Positions 9,104 to 18,572 are shown, numbered from the stretch's first letter. The stretch: 64,000 bases of DNA from Spirochaetales bacterium UBA6872 (GCA_002452215.1 DKCO01000043.1:3406-67405), one strand, 5' to 3'. Translations and numbers: made by a program. Notes: generated by a model not told the origin, from the sequence alone.

Positions 9104-9801
9104 TCTTCTGTCCTTATGTGTATTGTTACTCTTGATTTGTATTCTCCTGGTGGTACACTATCGGGATCATTCTTAATTTTATTTGTAGCATCTTCTGTGA
9201 AGCAAAACTTTATATAACCAGATGCATTACCTATAAAACCAGTTCCTGCATTTTCAACAAGCGCCGTCATACTTACGTATTCACCTTCATTTTGAGTTCC
9301 CCAGTCTGGGTATTCCTTGACTCTTGGAATCAAAAGATATGTACCTTTGGATGAACCGTCGTATATAAATAAAGCTTCTTGGCTTAATCTGTTTCCATTC
9401 GAATCCCAATAAGATAGGATAAACTCGAAGCCAAGCGAATATAAAAGCTCAGCTTTTTTATTTGAATCAGACAAAGGCTCGGCTTCTATCATTACAGAAA
9501 ACATTGCATTTGATATGAATTTCCAGTTTGCTATTATTCTTCCGTAGCCGGAACTAAACAGTCTGGTAACATCAATATCTTTATACCAAGTCGATTCGTC
9601 CTCAATATCGAATGGCATCCCCATTCTAAATTCAGGATCGCTTTGTGCTGGAATTCTTTCAATGGATACTTCCGTTATTTCTTTGTAGCCAGCTTGCAAC
9701 GAAAGTGGTTTTGAGACCTCAGTTGTATATATAACAGCTGCAAATATGGAATGAGAAAGGAGAAGAGTCATTATTACCAAATACTTTTTCATATCAATCA
9801 T
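9100..9801 (-). CDS. Secreted putative fibre subunit S2 (orphan)
   Basis: Signal peptide MKKYLVIMTLLLSHSIFAA. C-terminus is PGEYKSRVTIHIRTEE. It overlaps both neighbouring genes, consistent with translational coupling. Confidence 0.55.
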   Translation of the reverse strand: MIDMKKYLVIMTLLLSHSIFAAVIYTTEVSKPLSLQAGYKEITEVSIERIPAQSDPEFRMGMPFDIEDESTWYKDIDVTRLFSSGYGRIIANWKFISNAMFSVMIEAEPLSDSNKKAELLYSLGFEFILSYWDSNGNRLSQEALFIYDGSSKGTYLLIPRVKEYPDWGTQNEGEYVSMTALVENAGTGFIGNASGYIKFCFTEDATNKIKNDPDSVPPGEYKSRVTIHIRTEE

Positions 9802-10645
9802 CAGACCTCAATGTAATTGTCACAGGAAGAACATATACTCCAGGCACAGCTTTGACATAATCCGAAGAGTCAAGCGTAATTCCAACCACTCCAGATGCAG
9901 ACCAAATCCCATCGTCAATATCCTCATTTGGAACAATCTCATTTGCTGCATCAAGTACTTCAAAAGAGAACTTTACATCAAATGATGGAGAGAAATTTGA
10001 TGTTTTTGTTATATTTCCTCTGAGGGTATTTACATCTGAGGCAAAACTATCATCATACCCTGAAAGCTTATACACATAGCCTTTTTTGCCATTGCTATAT
10101 TTAACTTCCTTTATGTCTATTCCAGATTCATTTGACGTCGTAGTTGTCAATGTCTCAGATGGTCGAGAGAAATTATAGTTTATATAGTGCACAGAAAACG
10201 AAAGTCCAACTTGATTTGTATCCGTTGCCTCCGAGTATGTCGGATCCATTAAGTCAATATTATCGATTCCACCTTCTATTCTTGAAAATGGTTTTATCTT
10301 ATTTCCTCCGAATGCAAATGATAACGTGTAACTTCCTTGCGAGCATCCATAGACTCTGTATGAAAAGACAGCATGAGTCGAGAAAAATGTTGTATCACTA
10401 TGAGAAACAACTCCAAGGTAGTTGTCTATCGATGGAGTTATATTTATTTTCGAGTTTTCATTAAGGTTTTCCAATGTATTCGATATTGCATCTGTAATCT
10501 CAAGCTTGACAGGTTGACCATCAAGAAGATCCTTGCCAAGCTTGTATGCTGCAATCTCAAAACCAAAATCATAGTCCTGAGAAAAACAAGGAACAGCTGT
10601 CATGAATATCATACATAATGCTAATGCACAATTTCTTAATTTCAT
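9794..10645 (-). CDS. Secreted putative fibre subunit S1 (orphan)
   Basis: Signal peptide MKLRNCALALCMIFMTAVPCFSQ. C-terminus is PGVYVLPVTITLRSDD. ATGA overlap with the usher stop. Confidence 0.55.
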   Translation of the reverse strand: MKLRNCALALCMIFMTAVPCFSQDYDFGFEIAAYKLGKDLLDGQPVKLEITDAISNTLENLNENSKINITPSIDNYLGVVSHSDTTFFSTHAVFSYRVYGCSQGSYTLSFAFGGNKIKPFSRIEGGIDNIDLMDPTYSEATDTNQVGLSFSVHYINYNFSRPSETLTTTTSNESGIDIKEVKYSNGKKGYVYKLSGYDDSFASDVNTLRGNITKTSNFSPSFDVKFSFEVLDAANEIVPNEDIDDGIWSASGVVGITLDSSDYVKAVPGVYVLPVTITLRSDD

Positions 10646-13600
10646 AAAGCCTCCTTAAATCCAGGATAGAGCAAATCCCAAAATTCATCTGAAGAAAGGG
10701 CTTCAGAAAAAACAAGTCTCTTACAACTGGAGTATTGTTCAGGAAGCTTCATCCCGCTTATTTCATCAATTGCTTCGATATAGACATTCATTTCATTTGG
10801 ACTGTTTTTTTCACTTATCTCTATCAAAGCTAAAGCCCATCCATCATCATTTGGAATATCAAATCCATAGAGCCCTTCAGGAAGGTCTGAAAGGATTATT
10901 CTTCCGCTTTCATCGCTGAAGACATATCCATCTTCATAGAGTTTAACATCAATCTCAAAATCTCCAGATATTGAAACTAGGTAAAGCGGAGATGAGTCAT
11001 TTATCCAAGGATTCCCATTGATATCTGTTACTATAGCAGTCATTGCATAAACTGGGTTTGATTCCAGTGTATAAACAAATCCACGACCATTTGTCTTCGG
11101 TAGATAAAGTGCAAAAGAGCGAGGACCAGAGATTGAATCCTCACTTGTGCTGTATATCATAATTTGGTTGTTCCTTACACTTGAAACAGCTGAATAAAGT
11201 GACGTAGAGAAGAACTTATTAAGTTTTGATGTACCAAATGCCCCACTATATCCAATGCTTAAATCATTCCCTTTCAATTCGCCTTTTTGCTTAATTAGCA
11301 AGTACGATTGTCCGATCGATGAAGAAAGCGCAAAATAACCATCTGCAAAAATAGTGGATGTTGACAATGACAAATTACCACTCAATCTATTCAAATCAAG
11401 AGAGGAAGATATTCCAAACCCGAAATTGAAATAATCTGTAGAAGTTGCATATGATGCATAAAAGTTGCTATTTCTAAAGGATTTCATCTTTTCAAAGCTG
11501 TTATATCCAGGCATGTCGATTGAGCTTGATAAAGAGCTTTTCAACGAATGCATATTGAAATTCACCTTTGTGCTTTTTTCATTCAAAGATGATGATACAT
11601 TCCCTGAACCAAATGAGACTGATGCGTATACACTTGCAGATGCTCCAACGTTGCCCGCAAAATTGCCACTCAAATTAATAGATGTCGATAAATTTATATT
11701 CCTCTGAGGAGAAAACCCCAAAGAAAGATAAGACGTATAAGAACTCGACTTGAACACATCTGTATATAAATTGAAATTCGAACCGATGCCATAGCTGAGC
11801 AAGCCGAGTTTGCCACTTGTTGAAATCCCAACATTAAAAACAAATCGATTGCTATTCAAAATATCAGGAGGTGATGAGAAACCCAAACTTGCATTTATCG
11901 AAGAAATGTGCTTTTTTGACAAATTTGCTTGATGCGATACCCGTACATAAATCTCCGGAAAATGATAGTTACCATCTGATAGCTTTCTCTGATAAAGATT
12001 TAAATTATAACGAGTTGTCCCAATCGAGCTTGCTTGAGTCAGCTCGAAATTAACCTTGCCTTGCATATTCATTTGATTCTTATCTGTTGGCAAATTCGAA
12101 ACAGCGATTGCACCTCGAAGCAGCAAGGAATTCGAAAGTCCATATGAGTAATCAAATGATAAAGAAAGATTCCTCGGATCATATTGATAGTATTTTCCAC
12201 CAAGACTAAAACCAATTGAACCTTCTCTTATTTTATCCTTCGACAAAAGCGTTTCTCTCCCAATTGCCAGACTGAGGTTATAATAGAATTCCCCGGGATA
12301 AAGCAAAGATGAGTAATATGAAAATTCATGTATTATCTCTTTTGGTGCACTTCCATCTGTTGGAGATACTTTAATAAGAACTCTGTTGACGCCTGTATAA
12401 AGAACAAAATCCTCAAGTTTGTACTTTCCAGGGTTCAAGATCTTGCTATACAAAACCCTATCATCGTTTATAACCTCTACAAGCGACTCTTTTTCGACAG
12501 TCAACTCAGCCTCATATGGACTCTTCCTCTCATAGCTATCATTTGAATATGACAAATTCTTTGAAAGTCTTATTCCTATAGGTGTCCCTAGTGGCGAGAT
12601 AATACCTGGCGAGATGCATCCCCAGCTTAAACGAAGCATTTTTTCTTCAAAATCGCGTCTGAAGGTATAACTCGAAAGCGAAAAATCCAAATCCCTATTG
12701 TTGAAATTCAGATAATACGAAAAATCAAGGAATATATCATACATAGACATCGTATTTGTTGAATACAATGAAACATCATAATCCCAGATCTTTTTTTGAT
12801 ATAAATACCAGCCAAAAGATGTGTTATATGAAGATTTGAATGAAAATACAGCAGGACTTATTATCTCAGCTCCAGCTAGCGGTTGTTCATCATATCTTGA
12901 ATAAGATGGTGATAAACTAATCGAAGCAAATGGCATATCATCAAGGTCAAATGATAAGTAAATTTTGTAATTATTTGCTTCAAATGACGACCTGACACCA
13001 AATTTTTCCAAATCTTCAAGAGAATAAGAGCTGCTTTGTGTATTGAAAATCCTCTCATAAGCCTCTTCTGTAAGATTGTTTTCAAGAATAAATCTCAAAT
13101 CATCAATCGCTATATATGGGATTTGGGAAAGCATCTCTACAGAAACAGAGCCTCGATTCTCTCCATTCACGTAAAGATTCATATAGTAGTTTCCGTCCTC
13201 AAAAAGAAGCAAATCCTCACCAGATATATAGAAATCAGCCCAGAAATCATCATCTTGCCAAAGCTCTGTAGTATTGATTTGAAATACCATATTACTATCA
13301 TCTATTGCTTTCTCATCACTCTTGGCAGGGGAAAGAATGGCTTTGTTTTCGTTGCAAAAATTTATCAAAAAAACAAATAGGTCTGCCATTTCATCTTCGC
13401 TGAATGTTTTATCAAAAAGCACTGTAAGTGTCTTTGCATCCAACGAAAAATCAAAACCAGCCGTCTCTGTATAGTATTTTTCTATAAAGCAAGAGACAAA
13501 ATTGCATATCTGGTCATCGGTGCAAAAATGTGGAAATAGAACCAGGAGTTTATCTCTAAAGCCATCAAATAGCAAAACATCATAAGCCAAATCGAGTTCC

Positions 13601-13932
13601 ATGGATACATGGAAAGCAAGAGGCGCGTTTCCTTCATTAACAATCTCACGCTCTTGCGAACTCAAACCCCAGCTCTCCGAATATTCTTCTTCAAGATTGT
13701 TTCCATTGCCATTTCCAGTTGGCTTTTCTAAGGACAGCATCTTAACAGATTTTGCATCAAGAACAGCATTTGATTGAGGAGTTTTTTCTTCATGCGATTC
13801 CATTTCATCTTTTGTAAAGAAAAAAACATCATCTCCCTTTTCATACAAAGCAATAGCAAAGGCAAACACTGTTGAAAGCGCTATTTGAATGCCAAGAAAA
13901 ATGCATAAGAATCCCTCTATTCTCCTTTTCAA
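10642..13932 (-). CDS. Fimbrial usher-like outer-membrane protein with long N-terminal extension
   Basis: 1096 aa, TTG start preceded by AAGGGAGAG. Usher-like landmarks: NLYVNGENRGSVSVEMLSQIPYIAIDDL (the h-VNG-x motif of usher N-terminal domains); LNPGKYKLEDFVLYTGVNRVLIKVSPTDGS (plug-like P-G-x-[FY]-x-h-x-D ... DGS motif); several hundred residues of alternating S/Y/N/G-rich amphipathic strands; and a C-terminal DING...YEDGYVFSDESGRIILSDLPEG Ig-like tail. Confidence 0.65.
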   Translation of the reverse strand: MKRRIEGFLCIFLGIQIALSTVFAFAIALYEKGDDVFFFTKDEMESHEEKTPQSNAVLDAKSVKMLSLEKPTGNGNGNNLEEEYSESWGLSSQEREIVNEGNAPLAFHVSMELDLAYDVLLFDGFRDKLLVLFPHFCTDDQICNFVSCFIEKYYTETAGFDFSLDAKTLTVLFDKTFSEDEMADLFVFLINFCNENKAILSPAKSDEKAIDDSNMVFQINTTELWQDDDFWADFYISGEDLLLFEDGNYYMNLYVNGENRGSVSVEMLSQIPYIAIDDLRFILENNLTEEAYERIFNTQSSSYSLEDLEKFGVRSSFEANNYKIYLSFDLDDMPFASISLSPSYSRYDEQPLAGAEIISPAVFSFKSSYNTSFGWYLYQKKIWDYDVSLYSTNTMSMYDIFLDFSYYLNFNNRDLDFSLSSYTFRRDFEEKMLRLSWGCISPGIISPLGTPIGIRLSKNLSYSNDSYERKSPYEAELTVEKESLVEVINDDRVLYSKILNPGKYKLEDFVLYTGVNRVLIKVSPTDGSAPKEIIHEFSYYSSLLYPGEFYYNLSLAIGRETLLSKDKIREGSIGFSLGGKYYQYDPRNLSLSFDYSYGLSNSLLLRGAIAVSNLPTDKNQMNMQGKVNFELTQASSIGTTRYNLNLYQRKLSDGNYHFPEIYVRVSHQANLSKKHISSINASLGFSSPPDILNSNRFVFNVGISTSGKLGLLSYGIGSNFNLYTDVFKSSSYTSYLSLGFSPQRNINLSTSINLSGNFAGNVGASASVYASVSFGSGNVSSSLNEKSTKVNFNMHSLKSSLSSSIDMPGYNSFEKMKSFRNSNFYASYATSTDYFNFGFGISSSLDLNRLSGNLSLSTSTIFADGYFALSSSIGQSYLLIKQKGELKGNDLSIGYSGAFGTSKLNKFFSTSLYSAVSSVRNNQIMIYSTSEDSISGPRSFALYLPKTNGRGFVYTLESNPVYAMTAIVTDINGNPWINDSSPLYLVSISGDFEIDVKLYEDGYVFSDESGRIILSDLPEGLYGFDIPNDDGWALALIEISEKNSPNEMNVYIEAIDEISGMKLPEQYSSCKRLVFSEALSSDEFWDLLYPGFKEAL

Positions 13933-13954
13933 AACACGACTCTCCCTTTTTCAA

Positions 13955-14695
13955 TCACTTTGAATATGAATAGTCGTATTTTATTTGAACAGTAAAACTA
14001 GATGCCTTCTCTATTTCCTTTGGAATCTCTAAAGAAATGCAAACGGAAGAATCTGTAAGAAGATTCACTCCCTCAACAGAGCTAACATCTTCATCTGATA
14101 GAGTATAGCTAGAACCATCATCTCCTTTTAATGTAACACCCAATGAATTAAGAATCTGGTGCACGCTTCCAGTATTCTTGAGTGTTATAACAAGCCTGTC
14201 GTCAACTTTACTAACATACCCCTCGACTCGCTCTATTACTTTGCTAGGGGCAACATAAGCCGCTGTACTATAAACAAACAGAAAGTTAATCATCTGTCCT
14301 TCTGATGTGACAGATGCACCTCTAGAGTATGGTATTTGCTCAGAAACAATCCTAAACGCCATCTCCTTCGTCACTGTCTTAGGCCCTCTGTATTGAACTC
14401 TGACAATTTGAGTTGTCGCTGGCTTTATAATCATCTTTGAAGGCTGTATTGAGAAATATTGCATAGCTGGTTCTGTATACTCATTTCCGTTTAAATCTAT
14501 ATATCTTTTATTGGCGCTTATTTCGATTGCAATAGGAAAATCCGAATCATTTGTTAGTTTATAAGTTTTTACAGATTCCACTCCGCTCGGATAGTAGGTT
14601 GCATTCAATGGTGACAATTGGTAAGCATGTACATTCGTAGCTAGAAAAAATAATCCGAGCGTAACGATAATTCTATTGAAAACTTTTTTCGTCAT
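13955..14695 (-). CDS. PapD-like periplasmic pilus chaperone
   Basis: Best start is the ATG at 14695 (MTKKVFNRIIVTLGLFFLATNVHA signal). The ORF-track start at 14725 is a TTG inside an inverted repeat. Domain 1 pattern: YKLTNDSDFPIAIEI...FSIQPSKMIIKPATTQIVRVQY...EMAFRIVSEQIP (F-x-h-x-P ... h-x-PG/A-x-x-Q-x-h-R-h ... E-x-x-F-R-h-x-x-x-E-I-P). Domain 2 pattern: LVITLKNTGSVHQIL (h-x-N-x-G-x-x-H). Confidence 0.65.
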   Translation of the reverse strand: MTKKVFNRIIVTLGLFFLATNVHAYQLSPLNATYYPSGVESVKTYKLTNDSDFPIAIEISANKRYIDLNGNEYTEPAMQYFSIQPSKMIIKPATTQIVRVQYRGPKTVTKEMAFRIVSEQIPYSRGASVTSEGQMINFLFVYSTAAYVAPSKVIERVEGYVSKVDDRLVITLKNTGSVHQILNSLGVTLKGDDGSSYTLSDEDVSSVEGVNLLTDSSVCISLEIPKEIEKASSFTVQIKYDYSYSK

Positions 14696-14721
14696 TTCAT
14701 GTTCCCTATAATTAATACTGA

Positions 14722-14751
14722 ACAAAATGTAGTGTATTTTTTACATTTTGT
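14722..14751 (-). promoter_or_regulatory. Perfect 10-bp inverted repeat (ACAAAATGTA-N10-TACATTTTGT) in the 5' leader of the chaperone-usher operon
   Basis: Arms at 14722-14731 and 14742-14751 are exact reverse complements. The repeat sits 27 nt upstream of the chaperone ATG, so it is either an operator or an RNA hairpin. Confidence 0.4.
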
Positions 14752-14834
14752 CTAATTTTGTATTTATGTCAATATAAATCGCAAAAAGATATCCTTTTCA
14801 TGCTATTCAGCATAAAAGGATTGTTGTTATATAT

Positions 14835-14863
14835 ACCTTACCCCCCCCCCATAAAGATGTCAA
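14835..14863 (-). promoter_or_regulatory. Candidate promoter of the chaperone-usher operon with a G10 tract in the spacer
   Basis: The minus strand reads TTGACA (14863-14858), then TCTTTATGGGGGGGGGG (17 nt), then TAAGGT (14840-14835). Confidence 0.5.
14841..14850 (-). repeat. Homopolymeric tract, C10 on plus strand and G10 on the coding strand of the downstream operon
   Basis: Counted directly: 10 consecutive C at 14841-14850. It is the only long G/C homopolymer I noticed in the window. Confidence 0.9.
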
Positions 14864-14990
14864 GAGTCAATAATATGACGCAGTAGAAATGTCAAAAGCA
14901 TCAGATGAAATTTGACCTAAGGCACTTGTAAACAATAGTATTTTCTTTCTTCTATGCAGAATTTGATTGCACATTGCTTGTTTATGACGA

Positions 14991-16025
14991 TTAATGTGAT
15001 GATGGTAATCTAAAACTGAAACTTGTATCAGGTTTTCTGCTTGTATCTTTTGTATACTCAGCAAGATACCCATTGATTGTTATCATACCAGTCTTTGCAT
15101 CAAGAATTGCGTCATAGAAATAGCCTTCTGATTCAAGATCCATTAATGGTGTCTTTCTTTGATGGTATGCAGCAAGATTCAGCTCACCCATATAGTCGTT
15201 CATACGATATTCGATATTGCCTTTATGATGATGGCCAACAAGTACAAGGCCTATCTTATACTCACTCATTATCCTATAAAGCTTGTTTCGCTCTGTTATA
15301 TCAGCAAAGCCAGTAAGAAACAATGATTGATCAAAGGTTCCGCCTGTTGTCATATTATCATGTGCCACGATTATCTTGTATTTGGCTCGATCTGACTTTA
15401 GTGCATTCTCTAAGAATGAAAGCTGAGCTTTCCCAAGTACTCGCATAGAACTGTCGAGCTTATATATAGAAAGAAGATTCCCATACATATAATGCCCCAT
15501 AGTGCCTGCAAAATCCAAAAGATCCCAACCTGTTAAGCCGTTACTATTCTCAGCATTCTCCTCATCCCATTTTGCGTAGTCGAAGATATGCCTCTCATGG
15601 TTTCCTATGCAATAAACAAACCAGCCTTTCTTTGTTCTTTCTGCTGTAGAATCAATAAAGTTCTTCACATTTTGATCATATTGGCCGTCATCAGTCAAAT
15701 CACCAAGGCAAACTAGGAATTCAGGCTTATCAGAATCAAGATAGCTATAAAAATTGTCATGGAAATACTTCACTGAAGAATCATCCCTATCACGTCCCAA
15801 GTGAACATCTGTGATTATTGAAAACCTAATGGAATCAACATTTATGCTTTGCACATCGCTTATCGATACAAGCTCTGTTTTTTCATTTTTTTGTTTTGAT
15901 ATATCATAAACACTCAAAAACGGATTCTCTTCATATTGACTGGCAATAGAATCTGGAAAAGTAATATTGCAAGAAATAGTCGATACAAGTAAAAGCAATA
16001 TCGCAAGTATCTTCATGTTTTCCAC
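14991..16025 (-). CDS. Calcineurin-like metallophosphoesterase lipoprotein
   Basis: Lipobox LLLVSTISC. Metallophosphoesterase motifs are present: ITDVHLG, GDLTDDG, GNHE, VAHD and GHHH. Confidence 0.75.
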   Translation of the reverse strand: MENMKILAILLLLVSTISCNITFPDSIASQYEENPFLSVYDISKQKNEKTELVSISDVQSINVDSIRFSIITDVHLGRDRDDSSVKYFHDNFYSYLDSDKPEFLVCLGDLTDDGQYDQNVKNFIDSTAERTKKGWFVYCIGNHERHIFDYAKWDEENAENSNGLTGWDLLDFAGTMGHYMYGNLLSIYKLDSSMRVLGKAQLSFLENALKSDRAKYKIIVAHDNMTTGGTFDQSLFLTGFADITERNKLYRIMSEYKIGLVLVGHHHKGNIEYRMNDYMGELNLAAYHQRKTPLMDLESEGYFYDAILDAKTGMITINGYLAEYTKDTSRKPDTSFSFRLPSSH

Positions 16026-16681
16026 CTATAAAGATAAGCAAATGATACTCCATAAGCTGTAATCATATGCCATGGATCCATCAAATACTCAGCTTCCCTC
16101 ATGAATGCAGAGACTTCCAATGAATTGGATTCATTGATTTCAACATCAATATAAGCTTGGTAAATTGGAACAGCTTTCCAACTCCTCTCAATTGTGTTGT
16201 TCAAACCCAAGTAAAAACCAAGCGAGACAGCTTTATAGCAAAGCGCAACATCAAGTGCAACCAAAGGTGAAAGAGACCATAGATATTCAACAGAATATGG
16301 CGAATAAGCCAGTCCTAGTTGTAGTCCCAAGCAGTATGAGAACTTCAAACAGCCAGCCTTCAACATTTGCATGAATATATATGAAAGATCTGTAAAGCCA
16401 CCTTCATTTGGCACATAAAGGCTATGCAATAGAAACTGATTATGCAACGTACGTCCTGTCTTCAAATCGTACAAAAGAGAGAATGCAACCTCATCGCACC
16501 CTTGTATTTGCATCTCAAAAGAAATGTCATTATAACCAGCTTTCAACCCAAATATGCTTTTGCAATAGGTAGTACTACTGTTTCTGTATCCAAGGTTCAT
16601 GCCAAGGGAAAAATCTCCGGCAAATAGAGCTGATGAAATCATAGAAAAAACTATTACCAGATACAGTCGCACTTTCCCCAC
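16013..16681 (-). CDS. Small secreted beta-barrel-like protein (hypothetical outer-membrane protein)
   Basis: Signal peptide MGKVRLYLVIVFSMISSALFA followed by alternating amphipathic strands. I recognised no family. Confidence 0.45.
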   Translation of the reverse strand: MGKVRLYLVIVFSMISSALFAGDFSLGMNLGYRNSSTTYCKSIFGLKAGYNDISFEMQIQGCDEVAFSLLYDLKTGRTLHNQFLLHSLYVPNEGGFTDLSYIFMQMLKAGCLKFSYCLGLQLGLAYSPYSVEYLWSLSPLVALDVALCYKAVSLGFYLGLNNTIERSWKAVPIYQAYIDVEINESNSLEVSAFMREAEYLMDPWHMITAYGVSFAYLYRWKT

Positions 16682-16810
16682 AAAGTAATACTACTCAATA
16701 GAAAAATAATTTTCAAGACAGAGAGACATAAGCAAAGCACCCTAGTTTCGCAAATTATCAATCAAATTGGCAGAGAGCCAGCTCTTTTCAATTTAAATTT
16801 ATTGATAAAT

Positions 16811-16850
16811 ATCCTTGCATCCGGCTAAGATACTTTGTGAATGCAAGGAT
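16811..16850 (-). terminator. Possible terminator hairpin after ilvB
   Basis: Perfect 10-bp arms ATCCTTGCAT/ATGCAAGGAT with a 20-nt loop, 34 nt downstream of the ilvB stop. It is followed by an AT-rich stretch with only a weak U tract. Confidence 0.35.
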
Positions 16851-16883
16851 AGATTTTACTCTATTTATACTTCAAGTTCGTTC

Positions 16884-18572
16884 TCAAGCTTCTTTGTCTA
16901 TAGCTCCAATCATATCAGAGATCGATGCACCAGGTGCTACCATAGGAAGGACTTTGTCATCGATTGGAATCTGGCAATCAATTACGACAGGAGAGTTCAA
17001 TTCAACTGCTGCTTTTATCACAGCCTCTGCATCATCTTCAAGCGTAAGGCGCATTCCTTTCACGCCATATGCATTTGCAAGCATAACCCAATCGAGTGGA
17101 GTGTCAAGAGTAGTCTCCGAGTATCTCTTTTCAAAGAAAAGGCTTTGCCATTGCCTGACCATTCCTAGCGTATGATTGTTCATAACAACAATAATAACTG
17201 GAAGATTGTAGCGAGCTATAGTTGCAAGCTCATTGCAATTCATCCTAAATGATCCATCGCCAGCAATGTTGACAACACGCGAGCTAGGGTTTGCAATCTG
17301 CGCACCAATAGCGGCACCAGTTCCATATCCCATTGTGCCTAAGCCACCGGATGTCAAAAAACGCCTAGGCTTGATACCCTTAAGAAATTGTGCAGCCCAC
17401 ATCTGATGCTGTCCGACCTCTGTTGTAATTATCCTGTCCTCCGGAAGAGCTTTCTCCAAAGCATCGATTATCTCTTTTGCCCTATGAGCTTCAGTTGCAA
17501 CCTTTTGAGGGAACCTTATGCGATTCGCATCCAGCATGTTCATCCATTTTCTATGGTCCAACTCCGCTCCCTCTAGCTTTTTGATGAGTAAACCGAGGGC
17601 AGCTTTTATATCAGCAATGATATGTACTTCGCTTTCTATGTTTTTGTTGAACTCAGCTGGATCAACATCGATTTGGATTATTTTTGCCTGGCTAGCGAAT
17701 GTCGAACCCTTCGAAATTACCCTATCAGAGAATCTTGCTCCGATAACAATCAATAGATCGCAACTGTTGATTGTTAGATTTGACAGCTTTGTACCATGCA
17801 TTCCAATCATGCCAGTAAATCTAGGCGAATCGGACGGCATTGCGCCAAGCCCCATCAAGGATGAACCTACAGCACTGTCTATGATTTCAGCAAATAGCTT
17901 GAGTTCCGATGAAGCATCAGCTCTTATAACACCACCTCCTACATAGATCATAGGGCGTTCAGATGATTTTATAAGCGCAACAGCTTTCTCAATATCTTGC
18001 ATCCTCAACCTTGATACCTTTCTCTCAACCGCCTTTATTTCAGTTCTCTCATACTCAAAGCTCTCAGTCTGGATATTCTTTGGAATATCGACAAGAACAG
18101 GCCCAGGCCTTCCCTCTTTTGCAATCTGGAAAGCCTCTCGTATAGTCGAAGCAAGCTCTTTTATGTCCTTAACAATATAGTTGTGCTTTGTAATTGGCAA
18201 TGTAACACCTGTTATATCCACCTCTTGAAAAGAATCCTTTCCGAGAAGAGAGACTGGGACATTGCCTGTTATTGCAACGACAGGAACACTGTCCATATAT
18301 GCTGTTGCAAGCCCAGTAACAAGATTAGTTGCCCCAGGGCCAGATGTTGCTATGCAAACTCCAACTTTTCCTGTAGAGCGAGCATATCCATCAGATGCAT
18401 GGCTTGCCCCTTGCTCATGTGCTGTCAATATATGCTTTATACGATCCTTGTTTCTGTAAAGAGCATCATAAAGTGGGATAACCTGTCCTCCTGGATAACC
18501 AAAAACACGGTCCACTCCCTCCTCTATCAAACATTCTACAATTATATCAGCACCAGTAATATTCATTAGCAT
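16884..18572 (-). CDS. ilvB: Acetolactate synthase large (catalytic) subunit
   Basis: 562 aa. The N-terminus [23 protein letters not shown]...[31 protein letters not shown] and the GDGSF TPP motif are present. Confidence 0.9.
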   Translation of the reverse strand: MLMNITGADIIVECLIEEGVDRVFGYPGGQVIPLYDALYRNKDRIKHILTAHEQGASHASDGYARSTGKVGVCIATSGPGATNLVTGLATAYMDSVPVVAITGNVPVSLLGKDSFQEVDITGVTLPITKHNYIVKDIKELASTIREAFQIAKEGRPGPVLVDIPKNIQTESFEYERTEIKAVERKVSRLRMQDIEKAVALIKSSERPMIYVGGGVIRADASSELKLFAEIIDSAVGSSLMGLGAMPSDSPRFTGMIGMHGTKLSNLTINSCDLLIVIGARFSDRVISKGSTFASQAKIIQIDVDPAEFNKNIESEVHIIADIKAALGLLIKKLEGAELDHRKWMNMLDANRIRFPQKVATEAHRAKEIIDALEKALPEDRIITTEVGQHQMWAAQFLKGIKPRRFLTSGGLGTMGYGTGAAIGAQIANPSSRVVNIAGDGSFRMNCNELATIARYNLPVIIVVMNNHTLGMVRQWQSLFFEKRYSETTLDTPLDWVMLANAYGVKGMRLTLEDDAEAVIKAAVELNSPVVIDCQIPIDDKVLPMVAPGASISDMIGAIDKEA

